The notes under the pieces: model-generated
Database searches by the model: none
What the model was told of the DNA's origin: nothing
The model's input: only the letters and a program-made list of their open reading frames with translations
Assembly (NCBI GenBank): GCA_965655095.1
Contig: OZ296656.1
Span: forward strand, 82,894,001 to 82,958,000
Length of the DNA: 64,000 nt
Source: Haplodiscus bocki
Taxonomy: Eukaryota
Reading direction: 5' to 3'
Shown here: positions 1 through 12,649 of the stretch, piece by piece
How the letters are laid out: each line of letters begins with the position of its first letter
How positions within the stretch are numbered: position 1 is the first letter of the stretch
Program-made: the position numbers and the translations under genes

Positions 1-3000
1 AAGTTTTTTTTGCCTATTAGTCAAAAAATAGTCAACAAAAATTGACCGCGTTACTAACCGTTGAAAGCCTATTTATGGCAAAAAGGGAAAATAACAATAG
101 AACAAGCGTAACAAGCCATGAATGCCCGCCCCATAAAAATACATCTACCTAAAATCGCAGAGCTTTGAAAATGTGGACTTCCAAAACTGCTAGCCCCCCG
201 CACTTTTTTGAAAACTCAAAGTTTAACGCAGTGTTTAAACAACTCCCTCCAAGAAACTGACCAGGGACATGTCGATATTTTGCCTGTTCGTTGAGAAATT
301 CGATTTTGAATGTTGACCTAGGTACCCAAGGTTGTTATTTTGGCAAAAAAATTAAAACACTTTTCAATAAGACTAGCTACAGAGCTCATCTTTTCGTTAA
401 AATGTTCCACGTCAGACTTACTAACAGATAATAACCACCCCTCTCCTGGACACAAATTGTACGTTGAGAAAATACACCTCAAATTGACCAAAATTGAATT
501 TTTCGAACTTTTAATTTTGACCACTACCAGAAAATCGCATCTTTCGACAAAGATAATTGAAATTTTGTACAACAAAGTACATTTTCCCAAAATGCAAAGT
601 AAGAACCTGGTTGTGCACTTTTTTTACGCCGATGTTTGTAATAGACACAATCAAATATTGAATTTTAGATACAAATTGCACCCTTTTTGTCGAACATTTA
701 TTCTAGCATAATTATTATCATGGGAATGGTCAAGAAGGACCTTTTATTCACTTTTTTGGAAGTACTTGATCACCCGCTATGAATAGAAAAGCTGACACAT
801 CAACCGATAGAGCTTGTGAATCAAAACAGTGACTTAGACGAAAGGGAATGATTTGTTCATTTTCTAAAACCCCCGTTTTGCCAGTGCTTACGACCAAAAT
901 CAATTAATCATATCTGTTGTGAGCTGAGAAAATAAAAACTGAGTAGTACCAAAGTTGTTGATTACTGTAGCGAAGTTAGATAAACGGAGTAAAGAGCAAA
1001 AAATTGATTAGTCATTTCGGAAACTTACGATACGATTAGCCGGAGGAATAACAGTAAGGCCGAAAATAACCGTAGGGTTGAGAACACGAAGTCAACCAAG
1101 CCATAGAGCGTTCCTTTTTGCCGCCAAAAGAAAACTAGTTGAATTGACGGGCAGTTACTGCTTTGCTTAAAACCGTTTTTCTTCAACTTAGTCCGGGACT
1201 GAAGTTGAGAAATCGAATTTTCGAGAATCGTTTTTGAGAAGTTGTCGTTGAACAGTCCGGGACTGTTGATTGTATTTCAGTTATTCGATTGAGAATCGAG
1301 TGAGACTAGATTCTCCGTTGCATTAGGAGTTGAGTTGTGGTATTGGTGTGCGATCCAGTTCCATTAGTAGTACCGAAAGTTGTCTGACTATCAACGTAAC
1401 GTTGCTGTATTAATTTCTGCAAATTGATTGATGCTATTATCTGACCAGTAACAAAGTATTTTCTGAAGTATTTGTTTTTTTTTCAATGTGGGAGTACGAA
1501 CTGGTAATATTATCACTCGTTATTATTCTAGTAACCAATACTATTCTTATGCTATTATTTTTTATAACTGCGAAAGTGTGTGTGGTGTGAGGAATTGACT
1601 AAATTAATCTTTGCCAGACAATAAACTGCTTCAATTCATTTAAACAGCAGTCAACAGCTACGAGACACCCCTCTCAGTTGAACGGTGTAATTTACAGAGT
1701 TAGATAAATATTTTGCAGAAGAGCCCCACCGCCTCCCAAAAATAGAATCTCACTTTGATTGGTTTTGGAGTTATACAATTTTTGTGGTTCTCAACCCATT
1801 CCCCGTCTCGTGAACAGTGGTACTACGGTTTAATCGAGTTGAAAGTTGATTCCAAAAATTCTTTACAAATTCTGAGAATTGATTTTACGTGGAATGATTT
1901 TTTGAGTAACTTCAGTTAATTTCTTATTTGATCGTAGCTGGTGCAGTCTTGTACCGTAAATCCCATGCAATTCAACTGAACGGAAAGCTGTCTGCTACAT
2001 CTTCTAGGTATGTTCTGGTTGCATGTTGATACTCACCAAACTCTAATGATTTGTTGTCTTGATATTTCAGCTGCAATTAATAAAACCTGCCGAATTTGGC
2101 GAGATTGATGGAAAAATCAACGTGGCAGACAAGTCATTTCCACGTTCATTCATTTAAAAGCGCTGAAAAAGTTTTTGGTAGTAGGTAAAGTCAAACAAAT
2201 GTTTCATGCTCTGTCGACCAGGGAAGCCTCAATAATCAAGAATGTACTTATTATGTCTTCAATATTATATTTTCAAACGCTTACTTATGTTCCATTCAAT
2301 GATGATATTCTTTGCCATTCAGATTTTTTTATGGCACCGACGGAGAGTTTTTTGAACAACGATCTTGTTCATTAAATTTAACATTCTTACCTTCGGGTTT
2401 CAACTCGAATTTGAATTTTAGGGAATAAAAATTAATCTCGTTGCAAATTGTCTGACATTGATACAAATTTATCCAATATAATCCGGAGATAATTCAATAT
2501 ATAACTCAATTATGAATAATTAACTAAATAATTTTTTTCGTTCCTATAGATCTTTGGGTAATCAAGCCAAGACGAAATTTGTTCACGACAACTTTACAGC
2601 GGATGTAAATTATCTCAAATCACCAGAAAAGTAAGTTTGGGGGTCATTCATTTCGGTGCAATCAACAATCGGAGCCATGGTATTTGTTATGTTAATAAAC
2701 TTGGTCTGTACTTTTGAAGTTATGAATAAATTACTAACCGCTTGCACACTACAAACGGCGTCCCCTTTTCGGCTGTTGTTTTTATTGTTCACGATGACAA
2801 GTTGGCAGATACAAGATTATGAAAGATAACACTCGAATCCGGGAAAAACGCAGGAAAACAAAAGGAATAACAATCGAAACTAATGAACTAAATACGGTAG
2901 TTACTTCAATCTAACAACGTCCATCCAAAATTTAGTGATTTTTATCAATTTCATTTTGACTCAAAAACGTCTTCTCTGGTCTGAGTAAAGGAAGACCTTA

Positions 3001-3586
3001 TACTTGGAATGCATTTTGGAGTGTACAGAATATCAAAGGAGACCAAAATTTGTTCCATTGTTTATTTCTGGAGCTCAGTAGGAAGAAACTTGCGCAGATT
3101 TTAAAAAATACGATGGTTCTGTAAAATCTGGCACGAAGTTGCTATTTTTGGCTTGTATCATAGTCAAAAAACTGAAGCAGGATCAGATATCCTTCCTTCG
3201 TCTTCCTCGAACTTTTCGATTCATAACTTTATAATTTTTACAATGGGGCAAATTTTGTGCTTTTTCGGACAGTTTAAATACCATTTTCAGATGCACTTTT
3301 ACATGTATTCAAGTTGGATGTCTGATCGAATATTAGGTTTGAGCCGAGGTAGTGCGTTGGGCAGATATGACAATGAGGAAACATTCCGAAAAGCAGAATA
3401 AACTATATGTGTATAGCATTCACTGCAAGCCGATAGATTTTCTGAGTATTGTCAATGACCAATCAAATTGAAATATTCATTCGTTTTCTTTCATTGTCTA
3501 CTTTTGGTCTCACTTTCAGTAACTTCTGTTTGATTTGTCTTTCTCACGGTGAGCCTCCGATTTGAGTGATAGATTCTCTCTCTAAT

Positions 3587-3702
3587 CAAAATCATTATGT
3601 AAACCAGGTAATGGTATACTAAACTGGGGCTTTTTCCGTTAGGGGAATAACGGAAACGGCTCCAGTTCAGTATATCATTATCTGGTTTGCGTAACGATTT
3701 TG
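3587..3702 (+). repeat. Long hairpin (55-bp arms, 6-nt loop)
   Basis: Arms 3587-3641 and 3648-3702 are reverse complements with 9 mismatches and no gaps. Confidence 0.9.
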
Positions 3703-3983
3703 GCTGTTATAGCTACTGCTAGCAGTTTTGTATTCAGTGAATTCATCTGTTGTGAGTAGCAGACAATGAACACAATGCGCAAATCTCAAGTAACTTCCAA
3801 GAAGTTGACTGCTAACTCAAGCAAGGTAAAGTAAACAAATAGCTAGTTCCAATAACTTTTATTAAAAAGAAATCTTGAGCAGAACTTCTCAGCTCAATAT
3901 CAGTTATAGGGGGATAATAACTTCATCAGTAGGCCTGGGAAAATAACGGATAAGACTCTCTAAACTGTAATTAGGTTCACTAA

Positions 3984-4315
3984 GTGGTCCCAAAAACGAT
4001 GCATGTTCTAAATTTCCAGCTCTCAGAATAGTTCATATCAGGAAACAATACGTCGGAATTTTCTTTCAGTCGTCGCATCAGGTCTGCAAAATAACAGAAC
4101 TAACACCTCACAGCAGTTCAAATTGTGAAAATGGCCATTTTATGGTCAGATTGTGAGAGTTTTTTAGACCTATTTTATGGAAATGGTCCAATTTTCACTT
4201 TGATATTTGAAGGAAGAAATGTCAAGATTTCGATTGAAGCATTTCGACAACTTCTCTACTATAACCTCCAACTTTGAGAGCTGAAAGTTTGAACCTGCAT
4301 CATTTTTGGGTCAAC
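3984..4315. mobile_element. MITE-like element with about 44-bp imperfect inverted repeats
   Basis: GTGGTCCCAAAAACGATGCATGTTCTAAATTTCCAGCTCTCA versus the right arm's reverse complement GTTGACCCAAAAATGATGCAGGTTCAAACTTTCAGCTCTCA. Confidence 0.6.
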
Positions 4316-6659
4316 AAGCAATACAGTAGTAATTTTATTGAAGTAAACTAAGTATTTATAAGATATAATTTCGAATAAATCTCAAAGCTCGGGACAAACA
4401 TATTGGGAGAAAAAGTTGTTGGCACAAACTTTTTTTAGACTTTTGAAAAAGTTACATAGGTTTTTTTTCACCAAAGTTGTTCAAAACTCAGAAACTTTGA
4501 AACCTCCAATTTTAGGAATTTATTGTCAATTTTGCACTGTTTGCATCTTTTGAGGGTCTAATTCGAGAAATCATCTCGATTTCTATAACCTTTATATCAT
4601 CAAAGTTGCACAGAACTCAGAAAGTTTGAGACCTCCAATTTTGAAAATTTTCTAACATTCTAGTAGATTTTGAGGGAATAAAATATCAAATGACCTCAAT
4701 TTAATAAAGTCAACTGAACACTTAGAATCCACCCAAAGTCAAGATGAGCAACGTTGAGCCAAGTTTCATTTTTTTGAAAATTTTCATCTTCTTAAGAATC
4801 GCTATTTTCATACTCGGTGTGATTTTTCATTCACGTCAGTAAATGTGATCTCTCATTACTTTTCCATATTTTACAGGAAATGCATTTTTGTAAGCATTCT
4901 CACGATGAAGATTTTCCAAAAAATGCAGTCTTTTCAAAGTCGTGAAACGTGTTGCAAAAATTGATGTTGTAGCAAACTTCCGCCTGGTACTCTCATGAGA
5001 AGTTTTTTGTCCACAATGTTTTTTCGACATGTACATAGTTTGCTGGAGCCATTTTGCAAGAAAAGTATTTTCAGTAGGAATGCTAAAAGTTTTATATTTT
5101 TCTGTGGGATGATTATAACTTGCCTTTTTTGTCAGCACGTTTACATAATTTTATACAAAAAGACAATATTATTAATTAGCTTTAAGTCGGCGCTCAGGTC
5201 AATTACCCTCAGCGTGAAATTTAAGCACTCCAGCAGTCATGGAAAGGTCCCAATAATCCATGAAACTTTCATACACACAAGAAGACTGATAAATCTGCCC
5301 ATACAAAAAAAGGAAAATCAGCCGCAAACGGCGTACGTTTTTACGTATACTTGCATCATGCACAATTGAACAAAACGACGCCTTTGAATTTGCAATTTTT
5401 TATCGTGGAAAATTTGCCGTGAATTACGCATAAAGTAGTAGCATTTTTCTCAATTCCGGTCTACTAGCATTTCGAAAATCGGGTCTCCACAGAGAAAAAC
5501 TGTTTTTCGAAAAAAAAATTAAAAAGATCTTTCGAGCAAATCGAGAGAAAGTGGCAAATTTGCTGCAGAAGGCGTGTAAATTCGTGATATTTCACAAAAA
5601 TGGTTCCCCACCCGAAACTTTGCATTTTTGAGAAACTTCAGAATTTTTTCAAAATGCTTGAAGGTGGAAACTTTGCTTTGAAAAACTTCAAATCGAAGAG
5701 TTTTTTCATAAAACGCTGTAACTTAGAAGTTACTTTTGACAGAAGTTGAGTGTGGAAGAGATGTCGATGGAACTGAGTGCATTGTACTTCTTGTACTCTA
5801 ATTGCAATTGTTTAGTTATGTAACTTATTGGTTTAGAAATGCAGGCAATTTTTTTGGAAAATGCAAAATCAGAAGCAGAAGAAAATCAACTTGAAAGAAG
5901 CACAATTCCAACAAACTTGTATTACATTCCGAGCTCGGTTTGAACCTTTGTCGATTAAAAGTGTTCATTAAAGTCACAACTAGAGATTAATCAACTAATT
6001 AAAAAAAAACTTTGAGTTCACCTTTTCCACAAAATATACAAAATTGTAGACCCCGGCTCAAATTAAAATTAACCGATCACGAGTCGTTCTTTCAACAGCT
6101 GTGGCAAAGACCTAAACCTCGGTTTTTAAATTAAAATGATTTCCAGATAATATATGAAAATGGAGATCCGGGGTTTTCAACAGATATTCCAAATTACGAG
6201 TAGCTGACTTAAAAGTGGATCATTGCAAACTGCTCATCAAAAAATAAAAAAAATATAGCGAAAAAAGATAAGATACATTAATGACTATCCATCTCAGCAT
6301 TTTCATTCAGCAATACGATCTTTTCGTGGAACTTTCCATTTGAAAAGACGGCCGAAAGGAATTGAATCTCAAACAGTATACTCAGTTCCGAAGTTCCGAT
6401 CTTCCTTGTGAGCGAGGCACCCTTTTATTGCAAGCCCAGCAAGTAAAACTTTGCAAATAATTATTCAGAGTTGTCTACAGCCAGAAAAAAAACATGGACC
6501 GTAATGAGAAGGTGGTGACAGCTTGAAAGAAGTTCAAAATCTATGAATGACATCGTTTAGATAATCTCAAAACCGTTTCGGTTTTTTGGAAACATAACGG
6601 TCTTTTTACCGTCATTTATCGGCCATTTCCCACTTTTTTCAGCTATTTTGAAAAAAACC

Positions 6660-7125
6660 TAAATCTTTGTGTTGAAACGTTCATACACCAGTTGAATTTT
6701 TTTTTTTAGAACAGAGATTAAATTCCAACAAATAGCATTTAAAAAAATGGCAGGATATTTTTTTTGACTCAGAACTAAGATATTTCTGAGCAATTTCTAA
6801 AATCTGAATATTATTCTAAATTATCATGCAATGTATTCAGGTTTTTTTTTCAGTTTCTCTAAAACATTATTCATTTCAGTTTGATTATATAAACTTTGAG
6901 TCAGACAAACGCCGAGATATGTCACATTGGATTTCGTCTCAACTGATTGATTTGCCGCTTGAAGTTCCAATTTTTCATGATGGACTTTTTGGAGCTTTTT
7001 CCGGCATGTTTCTTTCAAGAGTGGCCGTCGCGTTTTTGATACTTTCATCTGATCTGAAAATTATGGTTTCATCAGCGTATTGTAAGAGACTGCAGTGTAT
7101 TTTAGCTTCATGAGGCATATCGTAA
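6660..7125 (-). mobile_element. Non-LTR retrotransposon (LINE, CR1/L2-like) RT 3' fragment
   Basis: Minus strand CSLLQYADETIIF (YADD motif degenerate), then VTYLGVCL (KYLG motif) and downstream ILVLSQKKYPAIFL. Confidence 0.7.
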
Positions 7126-7796
7126 TGAAATTATTGAGAAGCAGTGGACCAAAATTTGTCTCGATAAGTAAGTCTCGGAGGTAACTTGTCTCGGAGGTAA
7201 GTCTCGATAGAAATTAATGCAATCCGAGTTGCAGGTCGATAGCTTTCAATTAGGAACTTTTGTTTCATAGCTATTGACGGTAAATCAAAACTGTTCTCTC
7301 CTACGTTTTCAACTGATATTCTATTCAATATACTGTCAAAAATTTTTATTAGATAGAAAGATTCTGCGGCAGCACTTCGATTTTCATCAGTATGAAAATT
7401 AGAGAAAACGATAATGATGTACCGAATCTTTTCTGCATGATCATCAAAGAATAACTGGAAAAAATCCAGTTGAAACAATATTTCATGGTCAACGACGTTT
7501 CCCAACCAGATTAACGAAAAAATGCACTTGAATTTTTTCTTCACAGCATTCTTCAAAGAAAAATCACAGCATTGTTTTCAATTATTGACCCACAAAAGTC
7601 CTATTGGAAAATCTCAGGAAGATTCGAAGGCCGGAAGCTTGAAAGTTAGCAGATAAGAGGGCCCATGTTATAAACATTGTCTTTTGGTTGGCATTGATTT
7701 ACAATTCTAAATGATGCTAAATAATACGCTAATTCAAATTAATACAGTTTTTATTAGCGCTGCTAATTATCCCTATTTAGAGGTAATTAAAATTTT

Positions 7797-7861
7797 GGGC
7801 CGAATTTGACTTCGGTCCGAATTTGTCTTTGGTCCGAATTTGATTTTTGTTCCGAATTGTC
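7797..7861 (+). repeat. 17-bp minisatellite, about 4 copies
   Basis: GG(G/T)CCGAATTTG(A/T)CTT(C/T) units. Confidence 0.85.
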
Positions 7862-7872
7862 GCATTACCATA

Positions 7873-7995
7873 TGGCGTGTCATCTTCAAATCTTTCCAAA
7901 AAAATTCATTTTTGTGACAGCTGCGAAACCAACAGGTTTTTGATGAGATGTATTACAGTTTCCAAAAATTTTCTTCATTTTAAGATGACACGCCA
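7873..7995. mobile_element. 123-bp MITE
   Basis: TIRs TGGCGTGTCATCTT(C/A)AAAT (18/19 match), flanked by ATA on both sides. Confidence 0.7.
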
Positions 7996-9855
7996 ATATT
8001 GCTTTTCTTCACCTTTCGCCTAAATTCTCAATTTAGATCATTATTTGTTTCAAAATCTATCGCTTGAAGATACATGTGCGTTTAAATATATTCAAACAAC
8101 GACCTACCGGTTTTGAAATCGAGCAGAAATCCCGCAAGTCAGAACTGTTTAAGGATGTGTAAGAAATAGTAAAGCTTTTGATAACCTGGGGATCAAGGTT
8201 GGCGTAGAATTAAAGATCGATTATAAATAGGAAAACGAAACATAAACAAAGTTAGTAGACTGTCCTAAGAAATAAATTGTTTACTTCCGCTTTTTTTCTA
8301 AACCAAAACAATCTAGATCCGCTATCCGCAAGAAATATCTACCGCGGATTTAGAACAAAAGTTTGGGATTTGTCAATTTATACTTAAGGTGTAGCACTCT
8401 TGCTCGTGGTGACGGAATTGTATTGTAGTCTCTGTGAAGTCCGGAATTAATTCTGTAGATTTGTTTCAGTGAATCCTTGCAAAATGCGCCAAGGGGGTCG
8501 CTTATTATGTCAGTATTTTCCACAATTTTGCGTAAAACTGGAAAACTGAAACTTTCAAACTTAATAAGAGTCAAATGTTTCATTATGATAAACACCCGTA
8601 GTAATGCTTATTATTATAATAAACACTTTATAAATCTTGATATACTAACGGTATAGTCCAGACAATGTCGTATATGTACCGGTTATACATTATTTACAAT
8701 AAAGTTCCTTATTAGTAACCAAAAATTTCGTTCCGGCGGAAAGGTTCAAAACGTCGCAATGATTTTGCCCTCAACCTGGGACAAGGCTAAACTGTTTATC
8801 TACATTTCTCCAAGAATTTTATTTAGAATAACCGCTTCTCGCAGCAAAAACGAACCCCCGTAATTTAATGTAAAGGGCATTTAAAGAAGTGTTAAATTAA
8901 CACAGAAATGTTTATTTTACTCCCATGCCGCTAAAACGGAGCCTCGGTAGAAATTTGTGACTTAATTTTGAGATCCAAAGATTCACGCGTTCGCTCAGTT
9001 CACATAAACAACATATTGTATGTTGTAGAAAAGTTTCCTTTAGCAAAACGTTTTTTAGCAGAACTGGGAAAATTTGCAAAAACGGTCAATGCTAACATTT
9101 TTGAATCAGAAGCAGGTAATTTTGTGTATTTTTTCATTTATGATCACACAAATTTCATTTATGACTTGCAAAAGTAATCGGTAAAACTTGCTGTGGCAAA
9201 AAATACCCATTTGTTGAAAAGAACCTGAAAACTGATTGACACTTTCAAATGAATTGATAGCCTAGTAAATGGTGCATGAAGTTTTTATATGCTGCATTTA
9301 TGTGTACAGGCAAATAGTTTCTATAATATAGAAAATTTAGACATTGATTACAGATGTATTTACTACTGCATTAAAAGAATGTTCAGGCGATATATATCGA
9401 AAGAATAAAATAATTGGCTCATCCGATGTTTCCATCACTGCTATGCCACGTTTGCTAGTAGTACTAATTACCAGGCCATGAAAAATTTCCACAGTTAATT
9501 ATAAATGAAAACGAATTTATGAAAAAAATGAAATATTCTATCCGCAAAAAACAACACGAATTTTGCGTAGTTCTTCCAATGCCGGCTGTATCGTTCTGAT
9601 AGATTTTCGGATTGTGTAAACTTTTGGAACAAACGAAGCTGTTGTTTGATAAAGAGGATTAAATGTAGCCTACAAAGAAGAAGCCTTGCCTTTTAAACAA
9701 TTTTTTAGTCTGGTATACAAGAGCTTATTGAAGCTGATAGTAAAAACTAAATATCAAAAAAAAATTATATATCCAGCGTGTACCAAATTGAAAGCTTATG
9801 AAAAAGAGACTCTCTCCGCAGAAACCTAGCAAAAAATGAGATCCTGTAGCACACA

Positions 9856-10048
9856 AGTAGTGTAGTAAATAGCATTTGACACCAGCCGCCCGCGCTGCAC
9901 TTCACCAAGTGAAACATTGAAAAAAAGAAGCAGACGCAAAATTATAACAAAATTTATACTATATCAAAGGGGGTACAGAGGAATAAGAAAACTAAATTTT
10001 GTAAAAAAAAATATTTTGAATAGTATCATCAATGGGGGTACAAAGAAA
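9856..10048 (+). repeat. Left terminal inverted repeat of Polinton element 1
   Basis: Two homology blocks with the right end: a 45-bp terminal block, and a block of about 95 bp containing two copies of ATCAA(T/A)GGGGGTACA. Confidence 0.85.
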
Positions 10049-10299
10049 ATTATAGGAATTTGTGTAAAATTATGTCAAATTAAAAAAATATCTTAAATTA
10101 TAGTACTAATTCCATGGTTTACTTCCAATAATATTTTCAAACCATCGTCTGTCATCAATTGGAGATAGGGTAGAATTTTGTACTCGTTGAGGATACATTT
10201 CATGATTATGAGATCGAATAATATGAATGTTACTTTCTTTTTGATCACGAGAAAAAGGAGATCTTATAAAAATCATTTCAAAAAATTTTATCCAAATAA

Positions 10300-10476
10300 A
10301 TGGATATTGATAAACAAAATAAAATATATTGTGCTGTTGATGAGCAAAGAAAAAATTGTGATATTTGTCAAAAAAATGCTATTGATAGTTATTATAACAA
10401 ACATCTGAAATCACAAACTCGTATTATTAACTTTCAAATAATACAACAACATAATATTCCATTTCCAAATATATAA
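10300..10476 (+). CDS. Small zinc-finger-like viral protein (58 aa, probably decayed)
   Basis: Manual translation MDIDKQNKIYCAVDEQRKNCDICQKNAIDSYYNKHLKSQTR...; CxxC...KHLKS pattern typical of matrin/U1-type fingers, with the last His lost. Confidence 0.5.
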   Translation: MDIDKQNKIYCAVDEQRKNCDICQKNAIDSYYNKHLKSQTRIINFQIIQQHNIPFPNI

Positions 10477-11032
10477 CTTAATTGGTTCAATATCATGGAT
10501 ACAATCCTGATCTAACAGATTTTTCCTCCAATTCACATTTTCATCATTAGTTTAACAAACTAAATCTTTACCCAAGGCAGTTAGTATAATAATCATTCTC
10601 AAAGTATAAATTTTTTCATTTGTTATTTTTCTAACACCATCAACTATTAATTTTTCTATTTCATTGATTTGTCTACAGTTAGTAAATGAATTATCAGTAC
10701 CATTACGACTTTTAATACAATATTCTCGTGTTAAGTTTAATTTGATAATATATTCAATCACATCTAAATCCAATGATATAAAACTATCAACTTAATTCAA
10801 TTTCTTTTTCCATTTTTTGAGGTAAAAAGTAGACGTTTCCATTATAGTAAACGTATGTGATGAATTTTACCGATGGTTATGATAGTTTCAATATTTGTAC
10901 AAATAATGAAAACGATGATAATAATTTTATTATCAAACATCACCTTCTATGAATTTCATCTAGTTAACTTTTACAAAGTCCTGTTAGTTTAAGTATATGG
11001 ACAATTCTCAAACTTTTGTTAACTAATGAAGA

Positions 11033-11767
11033 ATGGAGAGGTTTCTATATCCAAAACATCCAGTTCGCTTTATTATTACAGGACCTTCTAAATGTGGAAA
11101 ATCCTGTTTCGCAAGAAATTTAATTTTAGAAATTATTAACAAATTTGAGAAAAGTTACATCTACTCATTAAGTCTACGCCAAGATTTGCTTCAAAAATTA
11201 ATGAAATGTTTAAGTAACTATATACCCATTCACATAATCCCAAACAATCTGAATGAAAAAGATATTGACTCAGTAAATAATGAAACGGTTAATGATAAAG
11301 CTTTTGAGGAATCAGCTAGAGAATTAGAAACATATGACAGTACAGAAGAACTTAAATTTCTTCAAGACTATGAAGACGGAGGTATATTTATCCTAGGTGC
11401 TCTCAACGAACCAGAAAAGAACGGTCCTGGAGTTCAAGCAATCTTCAAAGGATCTAGACATAATAATTTATCCATTTTCATATTCAGTCCGGATTATTAC
11501 GAAATACCAAAGAGAACGATCAGAAATAAGGGACTTATCAACCACGTCTTCAAACCAAACAATTACAGAGACATTCATAATTTCTATCAAGACAAAACAA
11601 GTATGGATATGACACTTAAGGAACTCAAATACCTAAGTTCAACCTGTTGGGATAAAAAATACCAACCAATTACCTTTGATATGACAAAAGATAAACTTAA
11701 AGGCCGTTATAGAGTAGGATTTAATAGTTTATTCGTTCCAAAAAGCACTCATCTTAAAACACTTTAA
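11033..11767 (+). CDS. A32/FtsK-like DNA packaging ATPase (open frame, catalytically degenerate)
   Basis: Walker A GPSKCGKS after the hydrophobic strand RFIIT; A32-type SRHNNLSIFI motif; Walker B reads IFILGAL instead of hhhhDD. Confidence 0.88.
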   Translation: MERFLYPKHPVRFIITGPSKCGKSCFARNLILEIINKFEKSYIYSLSLRQDLLQKLMKCLSNYIPIHIIPNNLNEKDIDSVNNETVNDKAFEESARELETYDSTEELKFLQDYEDGGIFILGALNEPEKNGPGVQAIFKGSRHNNLSIFIFSPDYYEIPKRTIRNKGLINHVFKPNNYRDIHNFYQDKTSMDMTLKELKYLSSTCWDKKYQPITFDMTKDKLKGRYRVGFNSLFVPKSTHLKTL

Positions 11768-12649
11768 TTGAGTATTTATCATTTTTTTACTGAACAAGGA
11801 TTGATTAATTTAGCTAAATTAGCATAACAACAAAAAAATCAACGAGCAGAAAAAAATAGGAATAGAAATTCAAAACAGACTCATGATAAAAACTAACAGA
11901 AAGCTTTGAGCCTGTAACTAAAAGCATAACAGAAGTGAATGAGTCTACTAAAAAACTTGGAGACGTATTTGAAAATGGAAACCAACAAAAGATCGTTCCT
12001 GTTGAATTTGACTCAGACACTTCAGAGGATGATATTAGGCCTAATATACGAGCTCCTCCAAATATTACCAAGTCCACTGTTCTAACGCAAGACACTTCAG
12101 GATCGTTAATGAAAAGTCACAATTTTCTAAAACTAGAGCAAGATGATTTGGATAAAGCAACCATTTTCGGAGTCCCTGTATTTACTCTAGGTTGTGATAG
12201 ATTGAGAATAAAAGATAATGTGTGCGAATTGACTTCTGAAAAACAAAGTCCTATCTTCATCAAAGTATACTTCTAAAACTATCAAAAATGATAGTGACGT
12301 TTTAATGTTGAATAATATTTCAAACGATTTGGGTTACACAGGTGTCGGAGATAAATCATCAAAACGCCTTTTTGAAAAGATTTGCCTAAACAAATTGATG
12401 AAATAGAATCTGGCAAATCTATACGAGAATGAATCTAATATTCTACAAGCTGAGGAAATGCAAATTTTTATCCCATCTAATATCATTGATTGGAATGCCA
12501 CATTAGATGTCTTATTAGCATTAAAACTATCTGGACATACTGAAACCCTAACAGAAGCTAGTAATCTAATAGATGAATCATACAAAACGGGTGAAATACA
12601 GACTGAAGAAGAGTATTGAAATGCTCTTTATAACTTTCGCATAAAATAA
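11768..12649 (+). pseudogene. Conserved Polinton core gene (coiled-coil N-terminus, conserved helical C-terminus), frameshifted
   Basis: ORF 11935-12276 plus downstream frame IPSNIIDWNATLDVLLALKLSGHTETLTEASNLIDE, resembling the xLxxRLxLLxAxxxAGxT motif of Polinton accessory core proteins. Confidence 0.55.

Noticed and set aside
6826-7113. 95-aa + strand ORF
   Set aside because: Antisense shadow (SSAY) of the LINE YAD(D/E) motif
7131-7556. 141-aa minus-strand ORF
   Set aside because: No recognisable domain; it overlaps short GTCTCG tandem repeats and has a non-ATG start
7797-7861. CRISPR-like array
   Set aside because: Units are directly adjacent with no unique spacers, and there are no cas genes
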